From an uncultured Rhodospirillaceae bacterium (GTDB lineage: Bacteria; Pseudomonadota; Alphaproteobacteria; Rhodospirillales; UBA2165), in NCBI GenBank assembly GCA_964574215.1, contig CAZNLR010000003.1, positions 78,746-142,745 of the forward strand: 64,000 bases of DNA, given 5' to 3'. A program made the translations under genes and the position numbers. Shown one piece after another: positions 1 to 8,740 of the stretch. The notes beneath the pieces are model-generated. The model saw nothing but the letters and a program-made list of their open reading frames with translations. It had not been told where the DNA came from and searched no databases. Positions within the stretch are counted from its first letter, which is position 1. Each line of letters begins with the position of its first letter.

Positions 1-26
1 GAGCAATTTACGGGCTGCTTCGTAGA

Positions 27-1133
27 TTGACACGTGAGACCACCATTTTATTCCGGATCAGCGTTTTCATCGCTTTGGCCGCTCTGGCGGCATTGGCTTA
101 CCAGCAAAACCGGCTGAACGTTTCTCTCCAGCAAGAGATCGAAAAAAGCGCCTCACGCCTGGAGAGCGTTGCCGGTGCACTGACCCGCGCCCGGAAAGAG
201 GCGTTGACGCCGAGCGATCTGAAGGATTTGCGTCAGGAACTCGGCCACCGGCTGGTTTTGAATGCGGAACGGCTGGCTGCCCTGGAACGGCGCTCCAAGG
301 CCAGCGCTCGTGTCATTACCGATTCAATCCCATCGATCGTATTCCTTCAGGGCGCTTATGGATTCCGGGAAAAATCCAGCGGCCGCATGCTGCGCCAAAT
401 CACCGGTGAAGACGGACGGCCGCTGATCTCGCCCATCGGCCAACCGCTCCTGACCCTGGAGGGCGAAGGTCCGGTCGCCGAGCGTCAATTCACCGGTACC
501 GGATTTGCCGTGAACGACGGCGGCATTGTCGTCACCAACCGGCACGTGGCGCTGCCGTGGGAAAACGACGCCAATATCAAGGCGCTGGAGGAGCAAGGTC
601 TTGAGCCCGTGCTAATAAAATTTATCTCCTACCTTCCGGGCCAGGCGAATTCGGGCAAATTGGAGCTCGTGCGGGCAAGCAAGGAATTCGATCTCGCTGT
701 CCTGCGCCGAAAAGATGCCGCCGGGAAAATACGCGGTCTAAAGCTCGCCGACGCACCGCCGGCCGCCGGTGATGAAGTGATTGTAATGGGCTACCCGACC
801 GGCCTTCGATCGATGCTGGCCCAATCCGGCGAGGCTTTTATCGATGAGCTTCAGAAGACGGGGGACACGGAATTCTGGAGCGTGGCGTCCCGTTTGGCCA
901 AAAAAGGCTATATCGCGCCGCTGGCCAGCCGGGGAATCGTCGGCCAGGCTACCAAGGCGACCATCGTGTATGACGCGGAAACGACCCATGGCGGCAGCGG
1001 CGGCCCCGTGCTCGACATCAACGGTGCGGTAGTCGCCGTCAATGCGGCCATATTGCCCGAATATGGCGGCTCCAATCTGGGGGTTCCCGTCTCCAAGGTG
1101 CGGGCCCTACTCAAAGAGGCCGGTCTTAAATAA
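27..1133 (+). CDS. membrane-anchored trypsin-like (chymotrypsin-fold) serine protease
   Basis: 368-aa ORF. N-terminal hydrophobic helix (ILFRISVFIALAALAALAY) followed by a helical/coiled region. Catalytic-triad contexts VVTNRHVA (His), EFDLAVLR (Asp) and THGGSGGPVLD (Ser). The first start is TTG and the frame stays open to the left window edge, so the 5' end is uncertain. Confidence 0.75.
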   Translation: MTRETTILFRISVFIALAALAALAYQQNRLNVSLQQEIEKSASRLESVAGALTRARKEALTPSDLKDLRQELGHRLVLNAERLAALERRSKASARVITDSIPSIVFLQGAYGFREKSSGRMLRQITGEDGRPLISPIGQPLLTLEGEGPVAERQFTGTGFAVNDGGIVVTNRHVALPWENDANIKALEEQGLEPVLIKFISYLPGQANSGKLELVRASKEFDLAVLRRKDAAGKIRGLKLADAPPAAGDEVIVMGYPTGLRSMLAQSGEAFIDELQKTGDTEFWSVASRLAKKGYIAPLASRGIVGQATKATIVYDAETTHGGSGGPVLDINGAVVAVNAAILPEYGGSNLGVPVSKVRALLKEAGLK

Positions 1134-1145
1134 ATTCCTGATCGA

Positions 1146-2270
1146 TCAGACGCGTTCCAAAATATGCAGACCCCAGTCACGGTCGACTAGATAGATCAAA
1201 CCATCCTCGTCCTGAAACACATCGTTGGACAAGAGTTCGGTGGCGCCCGGCGGCGGATCGGGCTTGAAAAAGGCGACTTCTTCAGGCGCGTGGGGATTGG
1301 CGATATCCACCACCCGTAGTCCCTGAGCGAACCAGGCCACCGGTATTTCCGTCGACCGCACCACCTCGACCGGCTGGTGACAGCCCAGGCGCGCCGGCGC
1401 CGCTTCACCGGACTCCAGACCGTCGACCTGAAAACTGGCGAAGGGCAGCGGCTGGCTGTCGTCGGTTATATCCACCAGCCACATGAAGGCCGGACCGGCG
1501 GGGTGCAGCTTGGCCACGTCCTCGTCGGCCACCAGCATCACATCCATGCCCTGAAGCTGGAAGGGAATGGGCAGGCAGGTGTGGGTCGGATGGGCGTTGG
1601 CGGGCGTATTGGTAAATTTCGAAATGCAGCGGGGATTGCTCATATCCGATATGTCGAGGATCGCCCAACCGGCGTGCCAATAGCTGACATAGAGTTTGTC
1701 GCCCTGGCGGATGGGATGGTGGCAGCGCAGGTATTTGAGCGGCATGTCCGCCTCCTCACCGCCCGCCAGCCATTGCCCGGGCCACCACCAGCGACCCACT
1801 TCCTCCGGCTGTTCGGGATTCTGCAAATCCAAAATCATGCAGATATGCCCGGTGTAGCCCTCAGCCGTCGGCGAAATGTAAGCGTAGCGGCCATCGAAGG
1901 TAAACCGGTGGACCCCTTCCCCGGCGGTTTCCCAGAAATGCAGATGGCGGGGATTGTGGGGATCGCTGACGTCGAAAATGTTAAGCCCGCCCCGGAATCC
2001 CTCACTGGGCTTACCCATATAGTCAATGCTCTCGTAATTGGTCAGCATCAAATCGTTGGCCACCCGCACCTTATGGGCATGAACATTCTGATGCGGGCAG
2101 GTGAACTGATTGACGATATTGGGATTCTTCGGGTCGCGCACGTCGATGATGGTGGTGGCTTCCGGCCCCGCTGTATGGCCCACATAGGCCGTGCCGTTGA
2201 CCACTTCGATCTGTCCGCCGCCCTTGCAATCCACATAGGCGACTTCACGAATTCCCTTGGCTTCAGCCAT
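1146..2270 (-). CDS. LVIVD-repeat beta-propeller protein
   Basis: 374-aa ORF with recurring hydrophobic-x-(V/I/L)-D-(V/I)-x-(D/N)-P strands: TIIDVRDPKNP, LNIFDVSDPHNP, WAILDISDMSNP, MWLVDITDD, LRVVDIANPHAP, IYLVDRD. This is the LVIVD repeat signature. Confidence 0.7.
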   Translation of the reverse strand: MAEAKGIREVAYVDCKGGGQIEVVNGTAYVGHTAGPEATTIIDVRDPKNPNIVNQFTCPHQNVHAHKVRVANDLMLTNYESIDYMGKPSEGFRGGLNIFDVSDPHNPRHLHFWETAGEGVHRFTFDGRYAYISPTAEGYTGHICMILDLQNPEQPEEVGRWWWPGQWLAGGEEADMPLKYLRCHHPIRQGDKLYVSYWHAGWAILDISDMSNPRCISKFTNTPANAHPTHTCLPIPFQLQGMDVMLVADEDVAKLHPAGPAFMWLVDITDDSQPLPFASFQVDGLESGEAAPARLGCHQPVEVVRSTEIPVAWFAQGLRVVDIANPHAPEEVAFFKPDPPPGATELLSNDVFQDEDGLIYLVDRDWGLHILERV

Positions 2271-2381
2271 GTTTACTTCCCCTGATTTAACTCTCGCCCG
2301 TTTCAGGCAATTTTCGGATTTTCAAATTTGAGCTTAACATGATCGACAATAAAGACTACCAATCCTCTCGAGATCAAATAA

Positions 2382-3314
2382 ATGGAAAATGAGACGTCGA
2401 TGCAAGAGGACGCCGAGCAAGCCCTTTCACTGGAAGATTCCAAACGATTACTGCGCCATGTCTACCGGGTGCGGGAAAACCGGCGGCGCATTCTCGACCG
2501 CGTACCCTTTCTCCTCCGCTGGGGAAAATGGCGGAAAAAGAAGGAGCGACAAATCCTGGCCGACTGGACCGGCGGCTATGTGCTGATCAATGACCGGGAT
2601 TATCTTTATTTGCCGGCGGGCATGGACACCATGTCCACCCATTACCTGATCCGGCCCGCCGAGTCCGAGCCTACGGTCAAAAATTTCTGCCCTCCCGGCG
2701 GCACGGTCATCGACATCGGCTGTAATTACGGCGAATGGGCGCTCCAGATGGCCCGGGCCGTCGGACGGTCAGGCAAGGTCTACGCCTTCGAGCCGGTGCA
2801 ACGCCTCGCCGACTGCGCCCAAAAAACCATGGACGTCAACGGCCTCGGGCAGACGGAGATCGTCACCTCCGCCGTCAGCAACCGGGACGGCGAAGCCAGA
2901 TTTGCCGTCAACCTGGACCACTCGGGCAAGTCGGGCTTCGGCAATAGCGGCACCGGCGACGAGACCGAGGAAATCTCCGTCCCCACGGTCACACTGGACT
3001 CTGTCGTCAGGGACCGCAACATCGACCGCCTGGATTTTCTCAAGATCGACGTGGAAGGCCACGAAGCCGACGTGCTGGAAGGCGCCCGGGAAACCCTCAG
3101 GAATTTAAAGCCGGCCATCGTGCTGGAGACAGGCATCGACCCAGACCAAGACCGGGAGAAAATCCACCAAATCTTGACCAGCCTCGACTACCGGATGCTC
3201 GGCCTCATCCTCCCCCACGGTATGGCGGAAAGCGATTGGGAGAGCTATCGGGCACGCAAAGGTGCGTTTGCAACGGATTTCGCCAACGTGCTGTTTGTGG
3301 CCGGCAAAAATTAG
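2382..3314 (+). CDS. FkbM-family SAM-dependent methyltransferase
   Basis: 310-aa ORF. SAM-binding motif VIDIGCNYGEW, VYAFEP, and the family-typical LDFLKIDVEGHEADVLEGA block. Confidence 0.8.
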   Translation: MENETSMQEDAEQALSLEDSKRLLRHVYRVRENRRRILDRVPFLLRWGKWRKKKERQILADWTGGYVLINDRDYLYLPAGMDTMSTHYLIRPAESEPTVKNFCPPGGTVIDIGCNYGEWALQMARAVGRSGKVYAFEPVQRLADCAQKTMDVNGLGQTEIVTSAVSNRDGEARFAVNLDHSGKSGFGNSGTGDETEEISVPTVTLDSVVRDRNIDRLDFLKIDVEGHEADVLEGARETLRNLKPAIVLETGIDPDQDREKIHQILTSLDYRMLGLILPHGMAESDWESYRARKGAFATDFANVLFVAGKN

Positions 3315-3323
3315 GACCGTGCG

Positions 3324-4022
3324 ATGAACGACCAAGAAAAAATTAGAATCGGAATGGTGTTGTTTCCCTATCTGACCCAACTCGATCTGACTGGTCCCTA
3401 CGAAGTGCTTAATGCCTCGCCAATTACGGAAGTCGATTTTTTGTGGCACCGGCTGGAACCGGTCACTGCTCAGGGCGGCATGGTACTCACCCCAACTGCC
3501 ACTTTTTCGGACTATGGCCAGCCCGATATTTTGTTCGTGCCCGGTGGGCCAGGCATCCTGGAAGCCATGGACGACGAGGCGTTGATCGCTTTTATCGCCA
3601 ATGCGGCGGAAGACAGCAAATACATAACGTCTGTATGCACGGGCTCTCTAATTCTGGCGGCAGCGGGATTATTGATCGGCAAGCGGGCCACCTGCCATTG
3701 GAGTTCAATTGACTTTTTGGAACTTATGGGCGCAACGCCCGTAAGAGAAAGAGTGGTCGAAGATGGCAATATCATCACCGGCGCCGGCGTAACCTCCGGC
3801 ATTGATTTCGGTTTGGTCGTGGCGTCACGCCTGCTTGGCCAGGATGCCGCCGAACGCATTCAGCTGTTGTTGGAATATGATCCGGCGCCGCCTTTCCAGA
3901 GCGGCTCTCTGGCTAACGCTGGAGAAGCAACAGCCTCTCAGGTTAAAGAGCTTATGAAAGACATTATCGAAAAGCGCCGGCAGGTCGCCGAACGTATCGG
4001 CCGGGAAAAGCTAAATCTTTAA
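3324..4022 (+). CDS. DJ-1/PfpI family protein (class I glutamine amidotransferase-like fold)
   Basis: 232-aa ORF. Nucleophile-elbow context ITSVCTGSLILAAAGLL, PDILFVPGG, and GAGVTSGIDFGL near the C-terminus. Confidence 0.8.
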   Translation: MNDQEKIRIGMVLFPYLTQLDLTGPYEVLNASPITEVDFLWHRLEPVTAQGGMVLTPTATFSDYGQPDILFVPGGPGILEAMDDEALIAFIANAAEDSKYITSVCTGSLILAAAGLLIGKRATCHWSSIDFLELMGATPVRERVVEDGNIITGAGVTSGIDFGLVVASRLLGQDAAERIQLLLEYDPAPPFQSGSLANAGEATASQVKELMKDIIEKRRQVAERIGREKLNL

Positions 4023-4087
4023 ATACAGAAAATTCGGCGATACCTCGCGGCACCCAGACAGCCGTTCCCGTCAGCTCTCTATCACGC

Positions 4088-4630
4088 CTACCGGCGGATG
4101 ATCCGCAATGGCTCATCTCCGCCACCGACCAAGTCTCGTTGATACCGGTCCGCGTAGCGCTGCACGTCGTAGATCTGCCAGACGTCCGCAAGCTTATCTT
4201 CGGCCACTCCCGTTACTTTTTTTATTTCTTCCGGCGAAATGACGTCGTTCTTTGAGAACTTAATCAGCCAGCACAACGCCTCCCAGCCTATCTTGCCGTC
4301 GAGTCTTGGTTCCCCTTCGACCAATCCGTCACCTTCGGGAGCGCCAGACATCTCGATCCCGTTCCAAAAAGCGATATGGTCTTTGATAACCGCGGCTTGC
4401 GGATAGGGTTCCTGGTAATACCAGGCACCACCCGAATTGGTTAAACCGTCAACGGTGACGTCAAAATATTTGGCGATGCCTTTCCAGTGGCAATAGGTGG
4501 GCTGGATATCTTCATTGGCAGAGAGATATGCCATGGCGATGGCGCTGCGCGGAAAGTAGACATTTCCCTCGACAAACACGAAATCATTTGTTTCGGCGAT
4601 GACAGCGCCATTCCAAGTCGCTTTGGCCAT
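4088..4630 (-). CDS. DUF427 domain protein with a C-terminal extension
   Basis: 180-aa ORF. The N-terminal ~95 aa (AKATWNGAVIAETNDFVFVEGNVYFPRSAI...CHWKGIAKYFDV...AWYYQEPYPQAAVIKDHIAFW) matches the DUF427 pattern. That pattern also occurs twice in the ORF at 49994..50842. Confidence 0.7.
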   Translation of the reverse strand: MAKATWNGAVIAETNDFVFVEGNVYFPRSAIAMAYLSANEDIQPTYCHWKGIAKYFDVTVDGLTNSGGAWYYQEPYPQAAVIKDHIAFWNGIEMSGAPEGDGLVEGEPRLDGKIGWEALCWLIKFSKNDVISPEEIKKVTGVAEDKLADVWQIYDVQRYADRYQRDLVGGGDEPLRIIRR

Positions 4631-4678
4631 ATTCTTTCCTTTCTGAACAAATGAACTCTTGTCCTGAAATTTATCTCC

Positions 4679-4748
4679 TCACCCCTTCTTCAACTTAACC
4701 GCTTTAAACCCGGCCGTCACTTCCGATACCGATTATTCGATGAGGTAT
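4679..4748 (-). pseudogene. decayed copy of the 3' end of the gene at 6603..7445 (gene-end relic)
   Basis: An ungapped alignment by eye of 4679-4748 against 6603-6672 gives about 58 of 70 identical bases. The minus-strand translation YLIE*SVSEVTAGFKAVKLKKG* compares with the authentic C-terminus PIEQSVPEVTAGFKSVKLKKG*. There is an internal stop and no upstream coding continuation. Confidence 0.75.
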
Positions 4749-4883
4749 CTGACCAATCCAAGGTTTTCCCACTGCCATCATTTGTAGCTGCACGGCGCCC
4801 TATATTTACAGCCAAAGTAGAATTCGGGTATCATTGATTGTAACGGCGTTGCATTCGTCACAATTTTAGCTGTCGAGGCTCTA

Positions 4884-6524
4884 ATGAGTGGACGATTTGC
4901 CCTTTTTTTAAACGATAAATCAATATCGGCAATTGCCGCCTCATTGGCGGCGTTGGTGCTGCTGATGCCCGGCATGGCCCAAGGTGCCGGCCGGTGGGAT
5001 GGCGAATGGGTAGGTACTATTGAGAATATCAGTGTAAGAGACTGCACCATCAAATCGACCATACCGGCGGTTATCGTCAAAGACCTCAGGGTTACGATCA
5101 TAATCGGTCCCAGCCTCGAAGCGGCGCAAATCGCCAAATCCGGAGAACTGGGAAAATTCTTGGCAACTTTCTCCAAGGCGATCTCCAAAGACGTCGAGGA
5201 CAATTTCGACTACGAAGGCACCAGTGCATCGGCGAAAATCGATCCATCGGGCAAACTGGTCAAATGGTTGAATCTCGAAGTATTGGACGTTGATCGCAAC
5301 GCTTCTGAAACGGCGGGTGTGAAACTCAGTGGCGCTTTTGCCGACGGCAGGTTCGAGGGCGAGTTGGTGGGTGGTTTGGACAGTGGAGCGATTTGCGTAG
5401 CGACCTTGAGGCTTGGCCCCAAGGAATCGATCCATGCCGATTCCCTGATCACCGGCAAGGACCCAGAAACCATCGCCCGGGAACGTCAGAAAGCCAAAAT
5501 AACGGAAGCGCCGGCAGGTAATCAGAGCGCCGCCGTCCGTACAGAAGCCGATCAAATCGCCAAGCGTCTGTCGGATGAAATAGCGAAACGCCTGGCGGAA
5601 CAGGAAAAAACAAGAAAATTGGAGGAGGAGCGGACCGCCAAGCGTCGAGAATCGGTTAAACGCCAAGAGGAATTGGCCCTGAAACGGCAAGCGGAATTGG
5701 AGGCGCGGCTGGCCAAGCTGGAAGATCAGACCAAACGCAAAACCGAGGAACTGGCCTACCTGCGGCAACAACAATCGGCAAAACCCCATTCGAATTTCAC
5801 GGCCAATATCAATTTCGGCAATTACCATGCTTTGGTGATCGGCATAGACAATTATAAGAACCTCATACCACTCAAGACCGCCGTTGCCGATGCCGAGGCG
5901 GTGGCAAAGGTTTTATCCGAAGCCTACGATTTCAAGGTCACCAAACTCATCAATCCGACGCGCAGCGAAATTTTGGATACCTTGGATGATTTGCGCACCA
6001 ACCTGGAGTTCAAGGATAATCTTCTCGTTTATTACGCCGGTCACGGCTGGCTCGACGAGGCCGGTGACGAAGGCTATTGGCTGCCGGCGAATGCCAAGAA
6101 AAACCGTCAATCCGGATGGGTCTCCAACGCCTCGATTACCACCAACATCCGTGCACTCAAAGCCAAACATGTGATGGTGGTCGCCGACAGTTGTTTTTCG
6201 GGCCGGATGGTTCGAGACGCCAACGTCAAAATTGAAAACGCCGACACGCCCGAATATTTCCAACAAATGTCACGCAAAAAAACGCGCGTTGTGATTACTT
6301 CCGGCGGACTGGAACCGGTCGAGGATGGCAAAGGCGCCCACTCGCCGTTCGCCCGGGCTTTTTTGCAGGTCCTTTACGCCAACAATAGCGTGATCGACGG
6401 TTCAAATCTGTTCAACGCCATCCGTCGCCCGGTAATGGTTGAGGCCAACCAGACGCCTCAATACTCGGATGTTCGCCGCGCCGGACACGACGGCGGGGAA
6501 TTCCTGTTCGTGAGACGGAAATAG
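4884..6524 (+). CDS. caspase-family (peptidase C14, orthocaspase-like) protein with signal peptide and coiled coil
   Basis: 546-aa ORF. N-terminal signal-like segment (ISAIAASLAALVLLMPGMAQGA), an uncharacterised domain of ~170 aa, and a K/E/R-rich coiled coil (AKRLAEQEKTRKLEEERTAKRRESVKRQEELALKRQAELEARLAKLEDQTKRK). The caspase core follows: YHALVIGIDNY, LLVYYAGHGW (His) and VVADSCFSG (Cys). Confidence 0.8.
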   Translation: MSGRFALFLNDKSISAIAASLAALVLLMPGMAQGAGRWDGEWVGTIENISVRDCTIKSTIPAVIVKDLRVTIIIGPSLEAAQIAKSGELGKFLATFSKAISKDVEDNFDYEGTSASAKIDPSGKLVKWLNLEVLDVDRNASETAGVKLSGAFADGRFEGELVGGLDSGAICVATLRLGPKESIHADSLITGKDPETIARERQKAKITEAPAGNQSAAVRTEADQIAKRLSDEIAKRLAEQEKTRKLEEERTAKRRESVKRQEELALKRQAELEARLAKLEDQTKRKTEELAYLRQQQSAKPHSNFTANINFGNYHALVIGIDNYKNLIPLKTAVADAEAVAKVLSEAYDFKVTKLINPTRSEILDTLDDLRTNLEFKDNLLVYYAGHGWLDEAGDEGYWLPANAKKNRQSGWVSNASITTNIRALKAKHVMVVADSCFSGRMVRDANVKIENADTPEYFQQMSRKKTRVVITSGGLEPVEDGKGAHSPFARAFLQVLYANNSVIDGSNLFNAIRRPVMVEANQTPQYSDVRRAGHDGGEFLFVRRK

Positions 6525-6602
6525 ATCGGATCGAATTCACAGGGATTACTTAACCCGGGATACCATCGAAATTCAGATAATTGAGTCTGAAGGTTCCGAC
6601 CA

Positions 6603-7445
6603 TCATCCCTTTTTCAGCTTCACCGATTTAAAACCGGCCGTCACCTCGGGCACCGATTGTTCGATGGGGAAGCGTTCGGCCGAGGAGCCGCCGACATAGC
6701 CGTCGAGGCGGGGTTCGCCATCAAGGAATTTGGCGAAGTCGTCGGGGGTTTCGATGCCGCCGCCGTGGCAGGTGATTATCAGGTCCGAATGCTTGACCTG
6801 GAGGGCGTCGATAACGGTGGCCGTGCGGTCAAGGGAATCTTCCTCGCTCATGACGGATGAGGAGCCGATGGATCCGCCGGAGGAATTGCCGTAGTGAACG
6901 ATGATATTGTCGACGCCCGCTTCGGCCATGGCGAGAGCCTCATCGGGTGAGGTGCAGAAGGCCTTGGTGAATAGCCCCCGGCTCGAGGCGTAGCCCAGCA
7001 CATCGATTTCGTATTGATAGCCCATGCCCGTCTGTTCGAGATCGCTGCGGAACTTGCCGTCGATCAACGCCACCGTCGGGCAGTTCATGATGCCGTCGTA
7101 ACCGGCCTCGGCCAGCTGGTCGACGAAGCGGTTCATGTCCCTGGTGGGATCGACACAGAGAATGCCCGCAATCATCGGTGTCTCCTGCACCATCCGGATC
7201 ATGGCCCGTTCGCCCAGTTCCAGGGTCAGTGCATTGGCGTCGCCGATGGGCAAATAGCCCGCCATGGAGCTCATCCCCTGCATGCGGAAATAAGCCAGAA
7301 TGTGCGTGGTGATCAGATCGGCGCCGCCCTTGGACGCCATTTTGGCGGTCACACCGGTGCCGCAGAGAGCGTTGTAAATCGCTCGCCCGGCGTCCCGTTC
7401 CGCTTTGAGCCGCGCGTTGATCTCGTCCCGCGTAAATTTCGCCAT
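6603..7445 (-). CDS. phosphoenolpyruvate-hydrolase-like TIM-barrel protein (Tm-1 C-terminal domain family)
   Basis: The tracked ORF is 491 aa, but the conserved sequence starts at MAKFTRDEI (ATG at 7445, preceded by GGGGAGAT). Family-typical blocks: GTGVTAKMASKGGADLI, MNCPTVALIDGKFRSDLEQTGMGYQYE, ITCHGGGIETPDD and GGSSAERFPIE. The upstream 211 codons overlap the divergent ADH gene and are rejected. Confidence 0.65.
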   Translation of the reverse strand: MAKFTRDEINARLKAERDAGRAIYNALCGTGVTAKMASKGGADLITTHILAYFRMQGMSSMAGYLPIGDANALTLELGERAMIRMVQETPMIAGILCVDPTRDMNRFVDQLAEAGYDGIMNCPTVALIDGKFRSDLEQTGMGYQYEIDVLGYASSRGLFTKAFCTSPDEALAMAEAGVDNIIVHYGNSSGGSIGSSSVMSEEDSLDRTATVIDALQVKHSDLIITCHGGGIETPDDFAKFLDGEPRLDGYVGGSSAERFPIEQSVPEVTAGFKSVKLKKG

Positions 7446-7520
7446 TTTTATCTCCCCCGAAATTATTGGATGCGAATTAATTTTTTTGACTTTAGGATAA
7501 TCCAATATAGGGGACAACAA

Positions 7521-8615
7521 ATGAACGAAAATAATATTCCAGAGACGATGCGCGCCTGGGTGTTGGGCGGCCCGGGCGAGATCAAAATGATCGACAAGCC
7601 GGTACCGGAACCGGGACCCGCCGAAGTGCTGGTCAAGGTGGGCGCCATTGCGGTCTGCCACACCGATATCGAAGTTCTCCGCCACGGCCATCCGGCCATG
7701 ATCGAGGGCGAGTCGCCCTTCAACAAGGACTTCACCATGGGCCATGAATATATGGGCCGGATCGCCGCGCTGGGCGAAGGCGTCGATGAATGGCAAGTGG
7801 GCGACCGCATCGCCGTCGAAGTCCATGCCGGTTGCGGGCGCTGCCCCAAATGCCGGGAAGGCATGTACACCTCGTGCCACAATTACAGCTACCGCTCCAA
7901 AGGCCACCGGGCTAACGGCTTCACCACCGACGGCGGCTTTGCCGAATACGCCGTCAACAACATCAACACATTGGTTAAAGCGCCGGAACATCTTTCCGAC
8001 GAGGTCTGCACGCTGACGGTTACCGCCGGTACCGCCATGTACGGTCTGGACGTTATGGGCGGATTGGTGGCCGGGCAAAGCCTGGTGGTTGCAGGCGCCG
8101 GCCCCATCGGCCTCATGTTTATCGCCATCGCCAAGGCGCTGGGTGCGTCTCCGGTAATACTATCCGAACCGCGAGAGGACCGCCGGGAAATGGCCAGAAA
8201 TCTGGGCGCCGACATTTTGATCGATCCCATGACGGAAGACCCGGTCGCCAGGGTGCGCGAGCTCACCAACGGCAAAGGGGCGGACTTCACCATCGAGGCT
8301 TCGGGCGTTCCCGACGTCATCAATCAGACCATCCACATGACCAACCGGGGCGGGCGTCTGTGCCTAGCCGCCTTCGCCACCGATCTGGTTCCCACCGATC
8401 TCGCCTATGTGGTGAGCAACAATATCTACCTGTTCGGCATCCGGGGTGAAGGAGAAAGCGCCGTCAAACGGGCCGCCGCCCTCTTGGCGCAGAAGCGGTT
8501 CGATCCCGCCCCCATCCACACTCACACTTTTCCGTTCGAGGAAACGCCGACCGCCATTTCCTATGCCGAGAACCAGACCGACGGGGCGATCAAAGTTGTC
8601 GTGAAAATGGAATGA
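7521..8615 (+). CDS. zinc-dependent alcohol dehydrogenase (MDR superfamily)
   Basis: The start was moved to the ATG at 7521 (MNENNIPETMRAWVL). Catalytic-Zn motifs CHTD and GHEYMG, structural-Zn cluster CGRCPKCREGMYTSC, and Rossmann motif VVAGAGPIGL. Confidence 0.85.
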   Translation: MNENNIPETMRAWVLGGPGEIKMIDKPVPEPGPAEVLVKVGAIAVCHTDIEVLRHGHPAMIEGESPFNKDFTMGHEYMGRIAALGEGVDEWQVGDRIAVEVHAGCGRCPKCREGMYTSCHNYSYRSKGHRANGFTTDGGFAEYAVNNINTLVKAPEHLSDEVCTLTVTAGTAMYGLDVMGGLVAGQSLVVAGAGPIGLMFIAIAKALGASPVILSEPREDRREMARNLGADILIDPMTEDPVARVRELTNGKGADFTIEASGVPDVINQTIHMTNRGGRLCLAAFATDLVPTDLAYVVSNNIYLFGIRGEGESAVKRAAALLAQKRFDPAPIHTHTFPFEETPTAISYAENQTDGAIKVVVKME

Positions 8616-8740
8616 GAACCTCCAAGAAAATGTTTGGGTTTTGATTGAGTTTCCGTAACCGTGGGGTATTTTACGCAAAACCAATGTATTAATTAATTAC
8701 CATCAATAATCTCTATCAATAATCTTCGGGGGAAGACCAC

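Noticed and set aside
1377-2285. 302-aa plus-strand ORF antisense to the LVIVD-repeat gene
   Set aside because: It is completely contained in the opposite-strand gene, which has a recognisable repeat signature. Its own translation is G/R/H/A-rich with no motif.
4941-5828. 295-aa minus-strand ORF antisense to the caspase-family gene
   Set aside because: It lies inside the plus-strand ORF that carries the caspase His/Cys motifs and a coiled coil. Its translation is low-complexity (F/L/R/G-rich).
7464-7507. 8-bp inverted repeat TATTGGAT / ATCCAATA (28-nt spacer) between the divergent PEP-hydrolase-like and ADH genes
   Set aside because: The arms are short and lie in an AT-rich 75-bp region, so this cannot be distinguished from chance without comparative data.
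6603-8615. Long mutually overlapping N-terminal extensions of ORFs 6603..8078 (minus) and 7014..8615 (plus)
   Set aside because: The recognisable family sequence begins at the internal ATGs 7445 (minus) and 7521 (plus), each with an RBS-like purine run. The extensions are antisense to the other gene and lack motifs.
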